A stretch of DNA of 64,000 bases, from positions 128,001-192,000 of the forward strand of contig OZ250186.1 of assembly GCA_965238275.1 (NCBI GenBank), read 5' to 3'. The notes beneath the pieces are model-generated. The model was not told the origin of the DNA, ran no database searches, and saw only the letters and a list, made by a program, of their open reading frames with translations. Within the stretch, counting starts at the first letter, position 1, and the number at the start of each line of letters is the position of its first letter. Shown piece after piece: positions 46,762 through 56,278 of this stretch. This stretch comes from Nitrosopumilus sp. (GTDB lineage Archaea; Thermoproteota; Nitrososphaeria; Nitrososphaerales; Nitrosopumilaceae). The translations under genes and the position numbers were made by a program.

Positions 46762-47511
46762 TTGAAAATAGAAGAGTACCTCCAGACGCTGCCAGAGAAC
46801 CTGCTTAGCGGGGAGGACATACGGGTGTCAGACAGGATGCTAAGGGAGATCTTTCGGTTTGTGGATCTGGGTCCAGGCGACGTCTTTTATCATCTGGGGT
46901 GCGGGGATGCAAGGAGTGCGTGCATTGCGACAGACGAGTTCCAGGCGGCAAGGGCCGTTGGAGTAGACAGCAGTGCAGAGAAGATACGCCTTGCACAGGC
47001 CAATCTTGGGGACAGGGTACAGATGGTGTGCAGTGATGTCAGGGAGGCAGACATCTCAGATGCCACGGTGGTGCTTTTCTGGTTTGCAGACGAGGATGTC
47101 ACAGATGCCATGATGGAAAGATTTGAGACGCTGAGTCCCGGAACCAGGGTGGTAACCGTGTGGGGCCCGCTGCCTGGATGCCTTCCGGACGGCGTGAGAT
47201 TTCCGTACATCATCAACAGGGCGCCGTTCAGGAAGGCTGCAAGCGTCCAGGAGCAGGTGCTTGCAGTGTTTGGGGTAAAGTGTGTGGATTTTGTCACGGC
47301 CTGGGAGTTTGCCGAGAGGTACACAAAGGCCACAGGCTCGCCTGATGTAAAGAATGACAGGTTTCTGACCATCATACAGACGCTGGTGATATGGACTAAT
47401 GCAAAAAGGCTCGGCGTTGCATGCGGGGACGAGGTGCCAGAACCCATCAGGACGTACGTCAAGCTCATGAAGATGAACTTTGACATAGACTTTGAGCACC
47501 TGTTGGAGTGA
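46762..47511 (+). CDS. SAM-dependent methyltransferase-like protein
   Basis: FYHLGCG, AVGVD and DISDATVV motifs. Confidence 0.85.
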   Translation: MKIEEYLQTLPENLLSGEDIRVSDRMLREIFRFVDLGPGDVFYHLGCGDARSACIATDEFQAARAVGVDSSAEKIRLAQANLGDRVQMVCSDVREADISDATVVLFWFADEDVTDAMMERFETLSPGTRVVTVWGPLPGCLPDGVRFPYIINRAPFRKAASVQEQVLAVFGVKCVDFVTAWEFAERYTKATGSPDVKNDRFLTIIQTLVIWTNAKRLGVACGDEVPEPIRTYVKLMKMNFDIDFEHLLE

Positions 47512-47593
47512 TTCTGGGAATCGCCGGCATTCGGATCCTGTGACAGTCCTGCCAGATATTCATCCCAGATGCAAAAACCAGGTACGGTATGTT

Positions 47594-49342
47594 CTAGGAT
47601 TTTCCGTCTCGTATCCTCGCCTCGGCATTATCGGTGTGTATCGGTATCGGTACTGACTTGAGCCCCGTGGCATCATGGCTGACAACCAGCCAGTCACCCT
47701 TTTGGAACTTGAAGGTCTCCTGCAGGATGTCCGGGGTTGTGCCAAATGCGTCTATCACCCTCTGCCGGTCCGATATCCTTGGCAGCTTGCTGATAAAGTA
47801 GGTATGCGGCTGCGCCATTATGCTGGTATTCAGGTAGGTGACCCTCTGCGTTGCAATCAGCACACCCAGGCCAAACTTCCTGCCCCTTCTTGCCAGGGTC
47901 TCGACTGCTGCAGTGGATGTTTCGTATGTGCCGGTGGCGTTCTGCGGAATAAACTCGTCTGCCTCGTCAAACACAAACAAGGTAAGCGGCAGGTGCAGTC
48001 CGCTCTTTCGCCTCTCAGAGTATACGCTGTGCCTGGAGTCGGCAGCAATGTCGTAGGCAAACCGGCGTATCTCGTCTTCGTTCTCCCCCTGGATTATGTA
48101 AAGGGACGCACCCTTTCCTCCGCTGACAAGGGGATCCACCAGATCCTTGTTCCTGTCCACCTTGAACTCCTCTAGTGGTTCAAAAAAGTCAGCAGAGTTT
48201 GCGGCTGCTGCAATCCACGCCTCCAGCAGTGTCTGGGAGCCTGATTTTTGCGCAAGGCGGGATTTGTTTTTGAGATGGTCTGTCAGGGCGTTCAGATTGT
48301 CCCGGGTAAACGGCATGGCTCCGAATATCTGATAGATCTCCTTTGTGATCCTCTTGGATTCCATGGAGACGTAATGTTCCGGGGTATGCTCGTCCAGAAA
48401 CTGGCCTATCGTTGAATGCTTCTGCACATGCAGCCGTATCTTTCCTGCAGAGAACAGTCTTGAAAAGATCTCTTTGTACCTCTGCTTCATGGCGGGGTTT
48501 CGCAGCGGGGCAGGCATGTGCATGCTGCCGATAAACGCATCCCGGGCGCCTGCCAGATCCTTCCTGTCAGTAAGATACTGCCTGACCTGCATGGGGAGCG
48601 AGTCCCTCCCAAGAAAGCACATGTAACCATTCACCCTGTCCAGCACGTCTGCAAGCAGCGCGGTGTACTCTCCCATCAGATCAAATATGACCACGTTTAC
48701 CGGTATGGGGTTCTTCTCCAGAAGCTTGTGCACCAGCGTGCTGACAAGGTTTGACTTCCCGGTGCCGGTGTACCCGAACACCCCGATGTGCGTCCGGACC
48801 ATGTCCTCGACTTGCAGGTCTATATCCACGCCACCCTTTTGGATGTGCCCGACAGTCATGGTCTTGTCATCCAGGCCGCTGTTGAAGATCATTCCCACGA
48901 GATCGGCACCCAGAATTCTGGCAGGTCCGCCAAACATGGGCATCTGCGACTCCTCCCGGATGCGCAGGTCAGGATCCTCTACAAGTTCTTGTCCCGTATG
49001 GGTGGCACTCACCTTGATCTTTGTGGTCTCCTCAGAAGAGACGTCGTCTTGGCTCAGAAAATCCTTGTACACCTCGTCCCGGGTCTTTTCAAGAAACACG
49101 GGGTATCCTGACATCTGGTCCCCCGCCGTGGCATAGTGAAAGGGCATAACCGAGGTGATGCTCAGGATGCTGTAGTGTTTGTCCCCGTGCGAGTATGAAA
49201 AGCTGGGCACGGATATGAGATCCCCTGCCTTCAGCTCGTTCATCAGCTTTCTGGTATAGTCAAACCATACCGTGTACACGTATCCGTGGTTCTCGTCAAA
49301 TCCGACATCCATCAGCCTGCCGGTCTCTTCGCGGAACGTCAC
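47594..49342 (-). CDS. herA: HerA/FtsK-superfamily ATPase (HAS barrel plus DUF87)
   Basis: Walker A GYTGTGKS, IFDLMGEY, Walker B FVFDEAD, ARRGRKFG and IATQR; GTG start overlaps the nurA stop. Confidence 0.9.
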   Translation of the reverse strand: MTFREETGRLMDVGFDENHGYVYTVWFDYTRKLMNELKAGDLISVPSFSYSHGDKHYSILSITSVMPFHYATAGDQMSGYPVFLEKTRDEVYKDFLSQDDVSSEETTKIKVSATHTGQELVEDPDLRIREESQMPMFGGPARILGADLVGMIFNSGLDDKTMTVGHIQKGGVDIDLQVEDMVRTHIGVFGYTGTGKSNLVSTLVHKLLEKNPIPVNVVIFDLMGEYTALLADVLDRVNGYMCFLGRDSLPMQVRQYLTDRKDLAGARDAFIGSMHMPAPLRNPAMKQRYKEIFSRLFSAGKIRLHVQKHSTIGQFLDEHTPEHYVSMESKRITKEIYQIFGAMPFTRDNLNALTDHLKNKSRLAQKSGSQTLLEAWIAAAANSADFFEPLEEFKVDRNKDLVDPLVSGGKGASLYIIQGENEDEIRRFAYDIAADSRHSVYSERRKSGLHLPLTLFVFDEADEFIPQNATGTYETSTAAVETLARRGRKFGLGVLIATQRVTYLNTSIMAQPHTYFISKLPRISDRQRVIDAFGTTPDILQETFKFQKGDWLVVSHDATGLKSVPIPIHTDNAEARIRDGKS

Positions 49343-51156
49343 TTGAACCTCCTCTTTGCCCGAACAGACGTAGACCACGGCTTCATGTAGTGGCTGTCCA
49401 TCATGGTGCTGCTCTGGATCATCGGTTGCACCATCCTGGCAAATGTCTTGGCTCCAAGGTCTGCCTTGTGCAGCGGTTCTGGATACCCCATGACATCAGG
49501 GAACCTGTTGGAGGCAGTACTGTAAAGGAACAGCGTCACAAAATCCAGAACGGGATTGGCCACGGTGTTGTCAACATCTACAAACGGGCGGACATCTAGG
49601 GTCGCCTCGGCTGCCTGGGCGCAAATCGGATGTTTGCCGGTCTTCTCCGAGTCAAACTCGGGCAAAAGCACTCTGTCTACGAACAGTCCGTGGTTGAATA
49701 TTGTCTTTCCCTTCTGCCTGACAAGGTACAGCATGGTCAGGTGCCTTGCAAACATTCTCTCGGTGGTTGGTATGGTCCTGATGGCGATTCTCTGGGGGTC
49801 GGTTCTGGAGGTCAGGTAGAGTGTCTGGAAGACCGAATCATACTCTATGGTGGTCCACGGCGCATCAAGACTGGCATCTGCAATCTGCAGGCGCTCCATT
49901 GCCAGCCGGTCCGACCACAGCAGGCCGCGCAGATCAGATATTTCATAGTCTGAATAGTGTCCCTCCTTTCTCATCACCCCAAGATAGTTTCTGGTAAAGT
50001 ACTTTGATGCCGAGTCCTTTACGACGCCGACTGCCAGGATGTGCTTTTCCCAGCACACCTCAATCATTCTCCGAAGCAGGGTCGATATCATAAAGCCGAT
50101 GTCTGCAGCAGTGATCCATCTTCCCGAGTATGTCATGGCTGCAACATCCCTGTCCCGGAACAGCCGGGTGCACAGGTTTACGACCAGCCCCACCACAAAC
50201 CCCCAGGAATCCTCATGCCTCGGGTTGAGGCTTACGACATCCGTTGACGGGTCGTGGTACAGGCAGCCGGGATGTGTTGTGCCATCAGGAGTCTCAGTCT
50301 CCCCCATGAACTGCTCAAGCACGCGCCTTACCTGGGATTCTGGCTGGCCAAGCAGCGTGGCAATGCCGGACACCCTGGCCTCCCGGTCAGGGGAGGAGAA
50401 TACCTCATAGAGCATGCGGCTTGGTATGTTGAAGAATCCCCCCGACTTTGAGGGAATCTCAAGCATGGAATTGTACGGGTGGGATCGGCAGATGATGGCG
50501 TCTGCCATTGTCAGCTGCCGGCCATCATACTCGTAGGAGTGGTTTACCATCGGAATTTCGTTGATTGGAGGGGTGTGCCAGTGCAGCGCACCGCTGAGAG
50601 TCTGATCCCAGAGCAGTATGTTCGGGGGTCTGTCAGATGTAACCTCGCTGTACAAAAGGTAGACTTCTGCCAGTATCATCAGCCTGTTGTGTATGTCGGT
50701 CATTGAAAACTGGCTCTGGTCGTCAAGGGTTATGCCAGATATCCCGTCGAGTTCTGCAAACGGAACCGGAACATATGCAACCATGCTCAGCTCGTCATTG
50801 AGGTTGCGCTTTTCATACATGACAGAGTCGGTGCCGTCAAGCAGGAACGTGCCCCTGACCCCGTACGAGGCTGCAAAGAACACGGCGTACTCTTCAAGCT
50901 GAATCTTCTCAGATGTCCCGTCCACTGCCACAAACGCAGGACTGTCTGTTCCAAAAAAGTCCCGGAACCTCTCCAGCAGGTTTCCCTTCCATTCCCGGTC
51001 TGCCATCTGGTCCTTGTACCTTCTGACCAGCCGGTTCAGGAATGTGTCGTAAAACTCATCAGTCCTGCCGCTGCAGGAGTCGTATATTCCGCGCTGCCTG
51101 TCCTGTGAGGCTGCAAGCGCCTGGCTATATTTGGCAAACGTCTCAGACAGGCTCAC
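49339..51156 (-). CDS. nurA: Long NurA-family nuclease (605 aa) with an internal insertion
   Basis: AVDGT, LAEVYL, LLWDQTL, GVVKDS and GYPEPLHKAD motifs; adjacent herA. Confidence 0.8.
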   Translation of the reverse strand: MSLSETFAKYSQALAASQDRQRGIYDSCSGRTDEFYDTFLNRLVRRYKDQMADREWKGNLLERFRDFFGTDSPAFVAVDGTSEKIQLEEYAVFFAASYGVRGTFLLDGTDSVMYEKRNLNDELSMVAYVPVPFAELDGISGITLDDQSQFSMTDIHNRLMILAEVYLLYSEVTSDRPPNILLWDQTLSGALHWHTPPINEIPMVNHSYEYDGRQLTMADAIICRSHPYNSMLEIPSKSGGFFNIPSRMLYEVFSSPDREARVSGIATLLGQPESQVRRVLEQFMGETETPDGTTHPGCLYHDPSTDVVSLNPRHEDSWGFVVGLVVNLCTRLFRDRDVAAMTYSGRWITAADIGFMISTLLRRMIEVCWEKHILAVGVVKDSASKYFTRNYLGVMRKEGHYSDYEISDLRGLLWSDRLAMERLQIADASLDAPWTTIEYDSVFQTLYLTSRTDPQRIAIRTIPTTERMFARHLTMLYLVRQKGKTIFNHGLFVDRVLLPEFDSEKTGKHPICAQAAEATLDVRPFVDVDNTVANPVLDFVTLFLYSTASNRFPDVMGYPEPLHKADLGAKTFARMVQPMIQSSTMMDSHYMKPWSTSVRAKRRFK

Positions 51157-51421
51157 AGCATATCTCCTGATGCATCATAATTCATGGATATTATGTTGTG
51201 AGTTTTATTTAAGAAGGATCGCGGTTTTGCAGTTTTCAATCCGGGTTACGCCAGTCACTTTTTCGGGCGACATTACGCAGTCACCGTCATCCCGGATCAA
51301 ATCCCAAGTCATGTAAGACCGCTCCGTGTCTGCACGCTAAGATGGGGGTGAACAATTTTGGAGACATGCAATGAAATACAACATATGTAATCCTTTTATT
51401 TTGTACAGCAGAATACAGTGT

Positions 51422-51769
51422 ATGGAAGGCAGGCTCAACATCAACGTATCAGCAGTGGACTACGATAAGACTAGCAAGGCACTCATTCACCAGTTGGCCC
51501 TGCTAGAGGAGATGGTTCACGCAGAAGACGAGTTTGCCATGACTGACTCGGAGTTTGCATTCGGATGGCACTTTTTTGTCCTGAGTATCAACAGATCACT
51601 CATTCAAAAGCTGGCAGAGACGATGGGGCCAGACTATAACACCCTGAAGGGAAAGAACATCGAGAAGAAGTTTCTGACATGGCTGACAAGGAACGTGGAG
51701 TCAAAATCTCCCAGGTTCAAGCTTGCCATCAAGGAAGAGATGGAGTCAAGCAAGTTCGGCATATTCTAG
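51422..51769 (+). CDS. Hypothetical protein
   Basis: Host-like codons; upstream TTTTATTT promoter-like element. Confidence 0.8.
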   Translation: MEGRLNINVSAVDYDKTSKALIHQLALLEEMVHAEDEFAMTDSEFAFGWHFFVLSINRSLIQKLAETMGPDYNTLKGKNIEKKFLTWLTRNVESKSPRFKLAIKEEMESSKFGIF

Positions 51770-52137
51770 TACCGGCTACTGCACCATCACCCTGGATTTG
51801 TGCACGTGTGGGTTCTGTTGCATCCTTTTGCAGCAACGCCACTTTATGAATCACTAATGAGGCAGTGGCAAACAGGACAATGTCGAATTTCCCATCAGGT
51901 CAGGTGACTGCCCATGTCTTGCCGGAATGAATAACCATTCAGGACTGCATCCCTCGGGCCTTGCTGCATGATGACATAATACCGCCTGCGATTCTGCGTT
52001 CTGAAATAGAAATTCTGCGTATACGGAGCAGGCGCCTAGATTTCAGGTCCATGCCTAAAAATTGACCGGGACATGTGCCTGTGCAGACAGTTACCAATCT
52101 ACATAGATTATTATAGTAAGACACATACAGTCAAACA

Positions 52138-52599
52138 GTGAGATTAATAGCAAAGGTTGGCATCATCATAGGAATCATCATCGCAGTAATAGTAGTAGCC
52201 GGCGCGGCACTGTTCTACACAACAATAAGCATGATAGAAGAGCAGATGGGAATCGTTTTACCTGACTATTTTGAACAGATGGTTCTGGATGTGGATCACG
52301 CAGACCTGGTCAGGAACAACTCGGAATACGTCGGCGAGGTGATAAAGGGAACGGGGCAGATAATCAACATCGAGGAACGATCCAGTGAAGGACAGGCCTA
52401 TTTGATAGACGCAGGAGATGGGCAATACTATCTGATGTACAGTCCCCGGATCAGTGATGCTAAGATGCAGTGTGCGCTGTTCTATGGGACGGTAACAGGG
52501 CTTCAAAAGATGGGTCTGGTATCGGGCGACACGGTGTCAGCAGTGGTGCTCAATCAGAAATACATCGCATTCTCTCCTGCTCCAGATTCATTCAACTAG
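52138..52599 (+). CDS. Membrane-anchored protein, possible OB-fold
   Basis: N-terminal TM helix; DLVRN..Y.GE.I...G.I...YGTV.G pattern. Confidence 0.7.
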   Translation: MRLIAKVGIIIGIIIAVIVVAGAALFYTTISMIEEQMGIVLPDYFEQMVLDVDHADLVRNNSEYVGEVIKGTGQIINIEERSSEGQAYLIDAGDGQYYLMYSPRISDAKMQCALFYGTVTGLQKMGLVSGDTVSAVVLNQKYIAFSPAPDSFN

Positions 52600-52668
52600 C
52601 CTGCAACCCCCAGAAACCATCATGCACGCATGCCAAACGTATCCTGCCGATGCAGAATAATGTGTGTA

Positions 52669-52741
52669 GGCCCTCGAGGGGAATCGAACCCCTGTCCGGG
52701 GATCCACAATCCCCTATACTCACCACTGTACTACGAGGGCC
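52669..52741 (-). tRNA. tRNA-His(GTG) with encoded G-1
   Basis: GCCCTCG/CGAGGGC acceptor, GGGGA-TTGTGGA-TCCCC anticodon arm, GTTCGATTC T-loop. Confidence 0.96.
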
Positions 52742-52929
52742 ACCAGAATAGGGCAGCACCCCTCCCGTAATAATCTTTGAGTCCGAGGCATCCAGACCCT
52801 GGACATGACTGCCGGTTCTGCACAGTCATGGACGGTTTCTGAGGCCAGGTTGTGCCGTACCCGGCCATCAGAACCGCTCCGGAACGCCCGGACTTTAGAT
52901 TTATTATTAGCTAGGTTTTGATTTTAGGT

Positions 52930-53010
52930 ATGCGGTTATGGTGGATTGGAATGGGCGTAGCCCTTGTCATCGTATGGATCGGAATGAACGAGCTGCTTCC
53001 GTTCAAGTAG
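52930..53010 (+). CDS. Putative 26-aa single-TM microprotein
   Basis: MRLWWIGMGVALVIVWIGMNELLPFK*; TATA-like TTTATTA at ~52900. Confidence 0.55.
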   Translation: MRLWWIGMGVALVIVWIGMNELLPFK

Positions 53011-53081
53011 TAGGCCGGTTGCGCGTGCCTGCGCGGCATGAACGATCGCTTTAAATTTGTTGCAACAGGGTATTCTTCGAC

Positions 53082-54083
53082 TTGAGGAAGGGATTCATAT
53101 CAAACAAGTTGCGACCCAACAAGAAGCCGCTGGACGATGCCAAGAGCATCCAAAAGAACGAGAGGATAAAGGGTGCGCGGTTCACATGGCTGAACCTTCA
53201 AAACCCCGACAGGCAGTACATGGAAAAGGTGGCAGAGGAGTACCGCCTGAACATGCTCAACGTGGAGGACTGCCTTACAAGGTTTGAGCTTCCAAAGCTT
53301 GACAGCTATGATGATCACTTCTTTGTAATCCTGCACTTTCCGCCCCTGGCACAAAAGACCGGAGTGTCAAGGAACAGCCAGCTGTCAGTCTTTGCCGGAA
53401 AGAACTTTCTGATAACTGTACACCAGGGGGACCTGGGCCCGCTAGTCGAGCTTGCAAAGTCCTACAGGAACTCTGAGAAAGAGCAGGCATCCATGTCTCC
53501 TGGAACAATGCTGCACAAGATTATAGACGTCCTGGTGGATGATCTCCTGCACACGTCGCGAAAGATAATAGCAAACCTGGACGAGATGGAGGACGGCGTA
53601 TTTGACGAGACAAAGTCGGTGGCAAGGAGCATCGCGCTGCTCAGGAGGGAGATCAACAGGCTGAGGAGGATGGCAAACCCGCTCAAAAAATTCGTACAAG
53701 AGATTGCAAGGGGGGTCGAGAGGCTCTCGGAGGGAGGCGACAAGGAACTCGGCCTGTACTTTGACGACGTGATAGACCACATAGACAAGGTGATTGAGAC
53801 GCTGGAGGAGTCAAGGGAGACCATGGAGATCTACAAGGATACGGACTTTGTGCTGAGCACGGAAAAGACAAACAAGGTACTTGGAATGCTGACCATCATA
53901 TTCACCCTGGCAATACCTGCAACCGTAATCGGGACATTCTATGGAATGAACGTCAGCCTGCCGGGCGCAGATGCCATGCTGTTCGGGCCGCTCACCGCGT
54001 TTACAATCATCATCGTGGCCTCGATAATCCCCGCGGCCCTGATGGTCATCTACTTTAGGAAGCTGGGCTGGATAAGCAGATAG
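53082..54083 (+). CDS. corA: CorA-family Mg2+ transporter
   Basis: YGMN signature; two C-terminal TM helices. Confidence 0.94.
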   Translation: MRKGFISNKLRPNKKPLDDAKSIQKNERIKGARFTWLNLQNPDRQYMEKVAEEYRLNMLNVEDCLTRFELPKLDSYDDHFFVILHFPPLAQKTGVSRNSQLSVFAGKNFLITVHQGDLGPLVELAKSYRNSEKEQASMSPGTMLHKIIDVLVDDLLHTSRKIIANLDEMEDGVFDETKSVARSIALLRREINRLRRMANPLKKFVQEIARGVERLSEGGDKELGLYFDDVIDHIDKVIETLEESRETMEIYKDTDFVLSTEKTNKVLGMLTIIFTLAIPATVIGTFYGMNVSLPGADAMLFGPLTAFTIIIVASIIPAALMVIYFRKLGWISR

Positions 54084-54354
54084 GCATCAGCCAAGCACGG
54101 GATGGCCCCGGAGCGGTCCGCCGCGTTTTCGATGGTCCCGGCATACGTTCCGCAGGAGGGGCTGTCGCAGGACATGAGGATCCAGACTGGGCTTCTGCCC
54201 GGCATTCTGGCTGTATCAGAGGGGGGGGACGGAACCCGGTCAGGGAACAACAGGGTGCTGCACATCGGCATTCCCAAACCTCCGGTTCTGTGGATCCTCG
54301 TATGCAATTTCCAAGACGACAAGTAGATAAATACAAGAGGTTTTAATCTAGAAC

Positions 54355-54621
54355 ATGGGAAAAATCAAAATACGCACCGGCAGAGGCACTGGAACAATCG
54401 AAGTTGACGACGATCCAAAGAAGTGGTCTGGAGACGAGTTTAAAAAGATTCAGGCGTTAAGAAAGAAAGAGGCTGCAAACAGAACTGTCCATACCGGCAG
54501 GGGCACCGGCACAACAAAGCTCGGAGACATACCGGATCCAAAGGCGGCGCCGTCCACGGAAGGAATGACGCGTGTTACAGGAAGAGGCACCGGTTCAAGA
54601 AAGAGCAAGGGTACCAAGTAG
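54355..54621 (+). CDS. Small basic protein with three TGRGTG motifs
   Basis: ATG start after an AT-rich promoter; T-rich terminator-like tract follows. Confidence 0.75.
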   Translation: MGKIKIRTGRGTGTIEVDDDPKKWSGDEFKKIQALRKKEAANRTVHTGRGTGTTKLGDIPDPKAAPSTEGMTRVTGRGTGSRKSKGTK

Positions 54622-54645
54622 AAATTTTTTTTAGAATTTTTTCAT

Positions 54646-55311
54646 TCAGATCCTGACTTCAGGATCGCCCTTTCGAATCTTCTCCCAGTCTGCAAGAAAG
54701 CTCTCCAGTCCGAGCTTGGTCAGGGGATGCTTCATCATCTTGTCCAGTACCGCAGGGGGCAGCGTCACCACGTCTGCGCCCACCCGGGCTGCCTGGATCA
54801 CGTGCAGGGGATGGCGCACGCTGGCCACAAGGATCTGCGTTTTAAACGAATAGTTTGCAAATATCTCCCTGATCTCCCTTATCAGCTGCATGCCGTCCTG
54901 GCCCACGTCGTCAAGCCTGCCAATGAACGGACTCACGTATGTGGCCCCCGCCTTTGCCGCAAGCAGCGCCTGGTTGGCAGAAAATATCAGGGTTACATTC
55001 ACGGGGACGCCGTCTGCAGACATGGTCCTGCACGCCTTCAGGCCGTCAGGAGTCATCGGGACCTTGACTACCACCCCCTTGCCGTATTCGTAGAGTCTCC
55101 TGCCCTCTGCAAGCATCCCGTCGTAGTCGGTGCTGATCACCTCCAGGCTTACAGGGCCGCTGACAATCTGGGCAATCTGGGCCATCACCTCTGTTGGGTT
55201 GCCGCCCTCCCTTGAGAGCAGCGATGGGTTCGTGGTGATGCCGTCCAGCAGCCCCATGTCGTTGAACCTCCTGATGGATTCCAGGTTGGCAGTATCAAGA
55301 AATATCTTCAT
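54646..55311 (-). CDS. tal: Transaldolase (short TalC/FSA type)
   Basis: FLDTA, GITTNPSL, VVKVP and YVSPFIGR motifs. Confidence 0.94.
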   Translation of the reverse strand: MKIFLDTANLESIRRFNDMGLLDGITTNPSLLSREGGNPTEVMAQIAQIVSGPVSLEVISTDYDGMLAEGRRLYEYGKGVVVKVPMTPDGLKACRTMSADGVPVNVTLIFSANQALLAAKAGATYVSPFIGRLDDVGQDGMQLIREIREIFANYSFKTQILVASVRHPLHVIQAARVGADVVTLPPAVLDKMMKHPLTKLGLESFLADWEKIRKGDPEVRI

Positions 55312-56267
55312 AGCTTTTCCCTCAGAAGGGTAGCCTGCCTTGCCATATTAAACGGTGTGATTCCGTGCTTTTCAAGCAGGAGCGGGACCTCCACGTCGTG
55401 CGCAGACTCGCCAAACATGTCCATCACCCCCACCCTCTTGACTGGCACGGGGTGCGACTCTGACACCGACTCTGCAACTGCAGAGCCCATGCCCCCAAGG
55501 ATGTTGTGCTCCTCGGCAGTTACGATGCACCCGGTCTGGCGCGCGGCCTTTTCCAGCAGCGCAGAGTCTATGGGTTTTACGCAGAACATGTCAAGGACGC
55601 GGCAGGATATCCCGTCGCGCTTCTGCAGGATGTCGGCTGCCTCAAGGGCCATGTGTACGGTTATTCCGCATGATACGATGGTGCAGTCAGAGCCGTCCCG
55701 GACCGTTATGCCCCTGCCTGTCTGGAACTCCTGGGATTCGGGGTGTACCAGCGGGGTCTTTGATCTTGACATCCTCATGTAGAACGGCCCATAACTTGAT
55801 GCCATCAAGTCGATCAGCGCAGAGACTGCAACGGTGTCTGCCGGAATGAACACAGAAAAGTTGGGAATCGCCCTCATGATGGCAATATCCTCTATCTGCT
55901 GGTGCGATCCCCCGTCGGGCCCGACTGAGAGGCCTCCGTGGGACACCACCAGCTTTACGTTGAGTCCACTTTTTCCGGGCGGGGACGGATATGCTATGTT
56001 GTTTCGTATCTGGTCTACTGCCCTGCCCGGAAGGAATATGGCGTACGTGCTTGCAAACGGGATCTTGCCGGATGCTGCAAGCCCCGCAGACACCGTAACC
56101 AAGTTTGCCTCGGCAATTCCCACGTTGAAGAACCTGTCGGGAAACTCCCTGCCAAACCCGGCAGTCTTTAGCGAGTCAGTCGTGTCAGCGCCGAGCACCA
56201 CTATCCGGTTATTTGTCCTCCCCATCCTGATGAGTGCCCGGGAGTACTCTGAGCGCATGTCAGTCAT
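55308..56267 (-). CDS. Transketolase C-terminal subunit
   Basis: FFNVGIAEAN, GPDGGSHQ and EEHN motifs. Confidence 0.93.
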   Translation of the reverse strand: MTDMRSEYSRALIRMGRTNNRIVVLGADTTDSLKTAGFGREFPDRFFNVGIAEANLVTVSAGLAASGKIPFASTYAIFLPGRAVDQIRNNIAYPSPPGKSGLNVKLVVSHGGLSVGPDGGSHQQIEDIAIMRAIPNFSVFIPADTVAVSALIDLMASSYGPFYMRMSRSKTPLVHPESQEFQTGRGITVRDGSDCTIVSCGITVHMALEAADILQKRDGISCRVLDMFCVKPIDSALLEKAARQTGCIVTAEEHNILGGMGSAVAESVSESHPVPVKRVGVMDMFGESAHDVEVPLLLEKHGITPFNMARQATLLREKL

Positions 56268-56278
56268 GACAGGCTTGC

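Noticed and set aside
52138-52741. tRNA-His (or tRNA-Leu) as the integration site for the recombinase or nurA-herA
   Set aside because: No duplicated tRNA 3' end was found by eye in the window.
54050-54336. Cys-containing ORFs downstream of corA
   Set aside because: Several overlapping frames, none with a convincing start, motif or codon pattern.
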